DNA of 49,929 nt from Octopus bimaculoides (lineage: Eukaryota). A program made the translations under genes and the position numbers. The DNA lies in the NCBI RefSeq assembly GCF_001194135.2, contig NC_068991.1, positions 31,961,430 through 32,011,358 on the forward strand, given 5' to 3'. Of the stretch, positions 49,184-49,929 are shown piece after piece. Within the stretch, counting starts at the first letter, position 1; every line of letters starts with the position of its first letter. The notes under the pieces are model-generated. The model searched no databases. It was not told the origin of the DNA and saw only the letters and a program-made list of their open reading frames with translations.

Positions 49184-49929
49184 CATCATCATCATTGTTT
49201 AACGTCCGCTTTCCATGCTAGCATGGGTTGGACGATTTGACTGAGGACTGGTGAACCAGATGGCTACACCAGGCTCCAATCTGATTTGGCAGAGTTTCTA
49301 CAGCTGGATACCCTTCCTAATGCCAACCACTCGGAGAGTGTAGTAAGTGCTTTTACGTGCCACCTGCACGAAGGCCAGTCAGGAGGTACTGGCAACAGCC
49401 ATGCTCAAATGGTGTATTTTACGTGCCATCTACACAGGAGCCAGTCCAGTGGTACTGGCAACGAACTCGCTTGAATGTCTTTTCACGTGCCACTGGCACA
49501 AGTGCCCGGGAGGCGACGTTGGTAACAATCACGCTCAAATGGTGCTATTTACGTGCCCCTGGCACGGAAGACAGTCAGCTGGTGCTCTGGCAACGATCAC
49601 GCTCGGACGGTGCCATCACGATTTCGCTTTCCCCTACAGGTCTTCGCAAGCCGAGTTTAGTGTTCAATGAAAGAGACGTTAGCATGAGTGCCAGTCTACA
49701 AATTTAGTTCGATTTCGATTTCACTTGCCTCAACAGGTCTTCGCAAGTGGAGTTTAGTGTCCAATGAAGGAATGTTACGCGTAAGTGGGCTGGCTACATC
49801 CCTGGCAGAGGCCTTGGATTTTGGTCTCACTTGGCTTGCCGGGTCTTCTCACACACAGCATATTTCCAAAGGTCTCGGTCAGAAGTCATTGCCTCAGTGA
49901 GGCCTAATGTTCGGAGGGTGTGCTTCACT
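49183..49929 (-). mobile_element. RTE LINE 3' region (end of ORF2, 3' UTR with ~50-bp subrepeats, and tail)
   Basis: Same tail as 12169. Internal tandem units cacgctc.aatggtg..tttacgtgccac..gcac. Confidence 0.88.

Noticed and set aside
49340-49620. ~50-bp repeat units in RTE 3' UTRs (also 15170-15400) superficially like a CRISPR array
   Set aside because: The units are degenerate, lack unique spacers, lie inside a eukaryotic LINE tail, and have no cas genes nearby.

Overview
Eukaryotic, AT-rich, repeat-dense genomic DNA with eight N-gaps. The repeat content resembles octopus/coleoid cephalopod DNA, but that is an inference. One host gene runs through the window on the + strand: a MacroD1/2-type macrodomain ADP-ribosylhydrolase. 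I assembled it by hand from 11 GT-AG exons (10576-46308) whose phases join into one stop-free frame of about 259 codons. The start exon was not found and the last exon is tentative. The rest is mostly mobile DNA: RTE-clade LINE fragments and young 3' tails, several tRNA-derived SINE families, Helitron derivatives, Tc1/mariner, hAT and Merlin-like MITEs, Penelope-like element (PLE) remnants and microsatellites. Almost all ORFs in the supplied track are artefacts of gaps, microsatellites or decayed transposons. The most unusual signal is a set of type-I hammerhead-ribozyme-like folds from at least four unrelated repeat families, each with a palindromic helix III. One family is fused to a tRNA-like Pol III head inside a TSD-flanked, inverted-terminus Penelope insertion that also carries a copy of nearby intron DNA. 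There is no prokaryotic-type system (no CRISPR array or operon).
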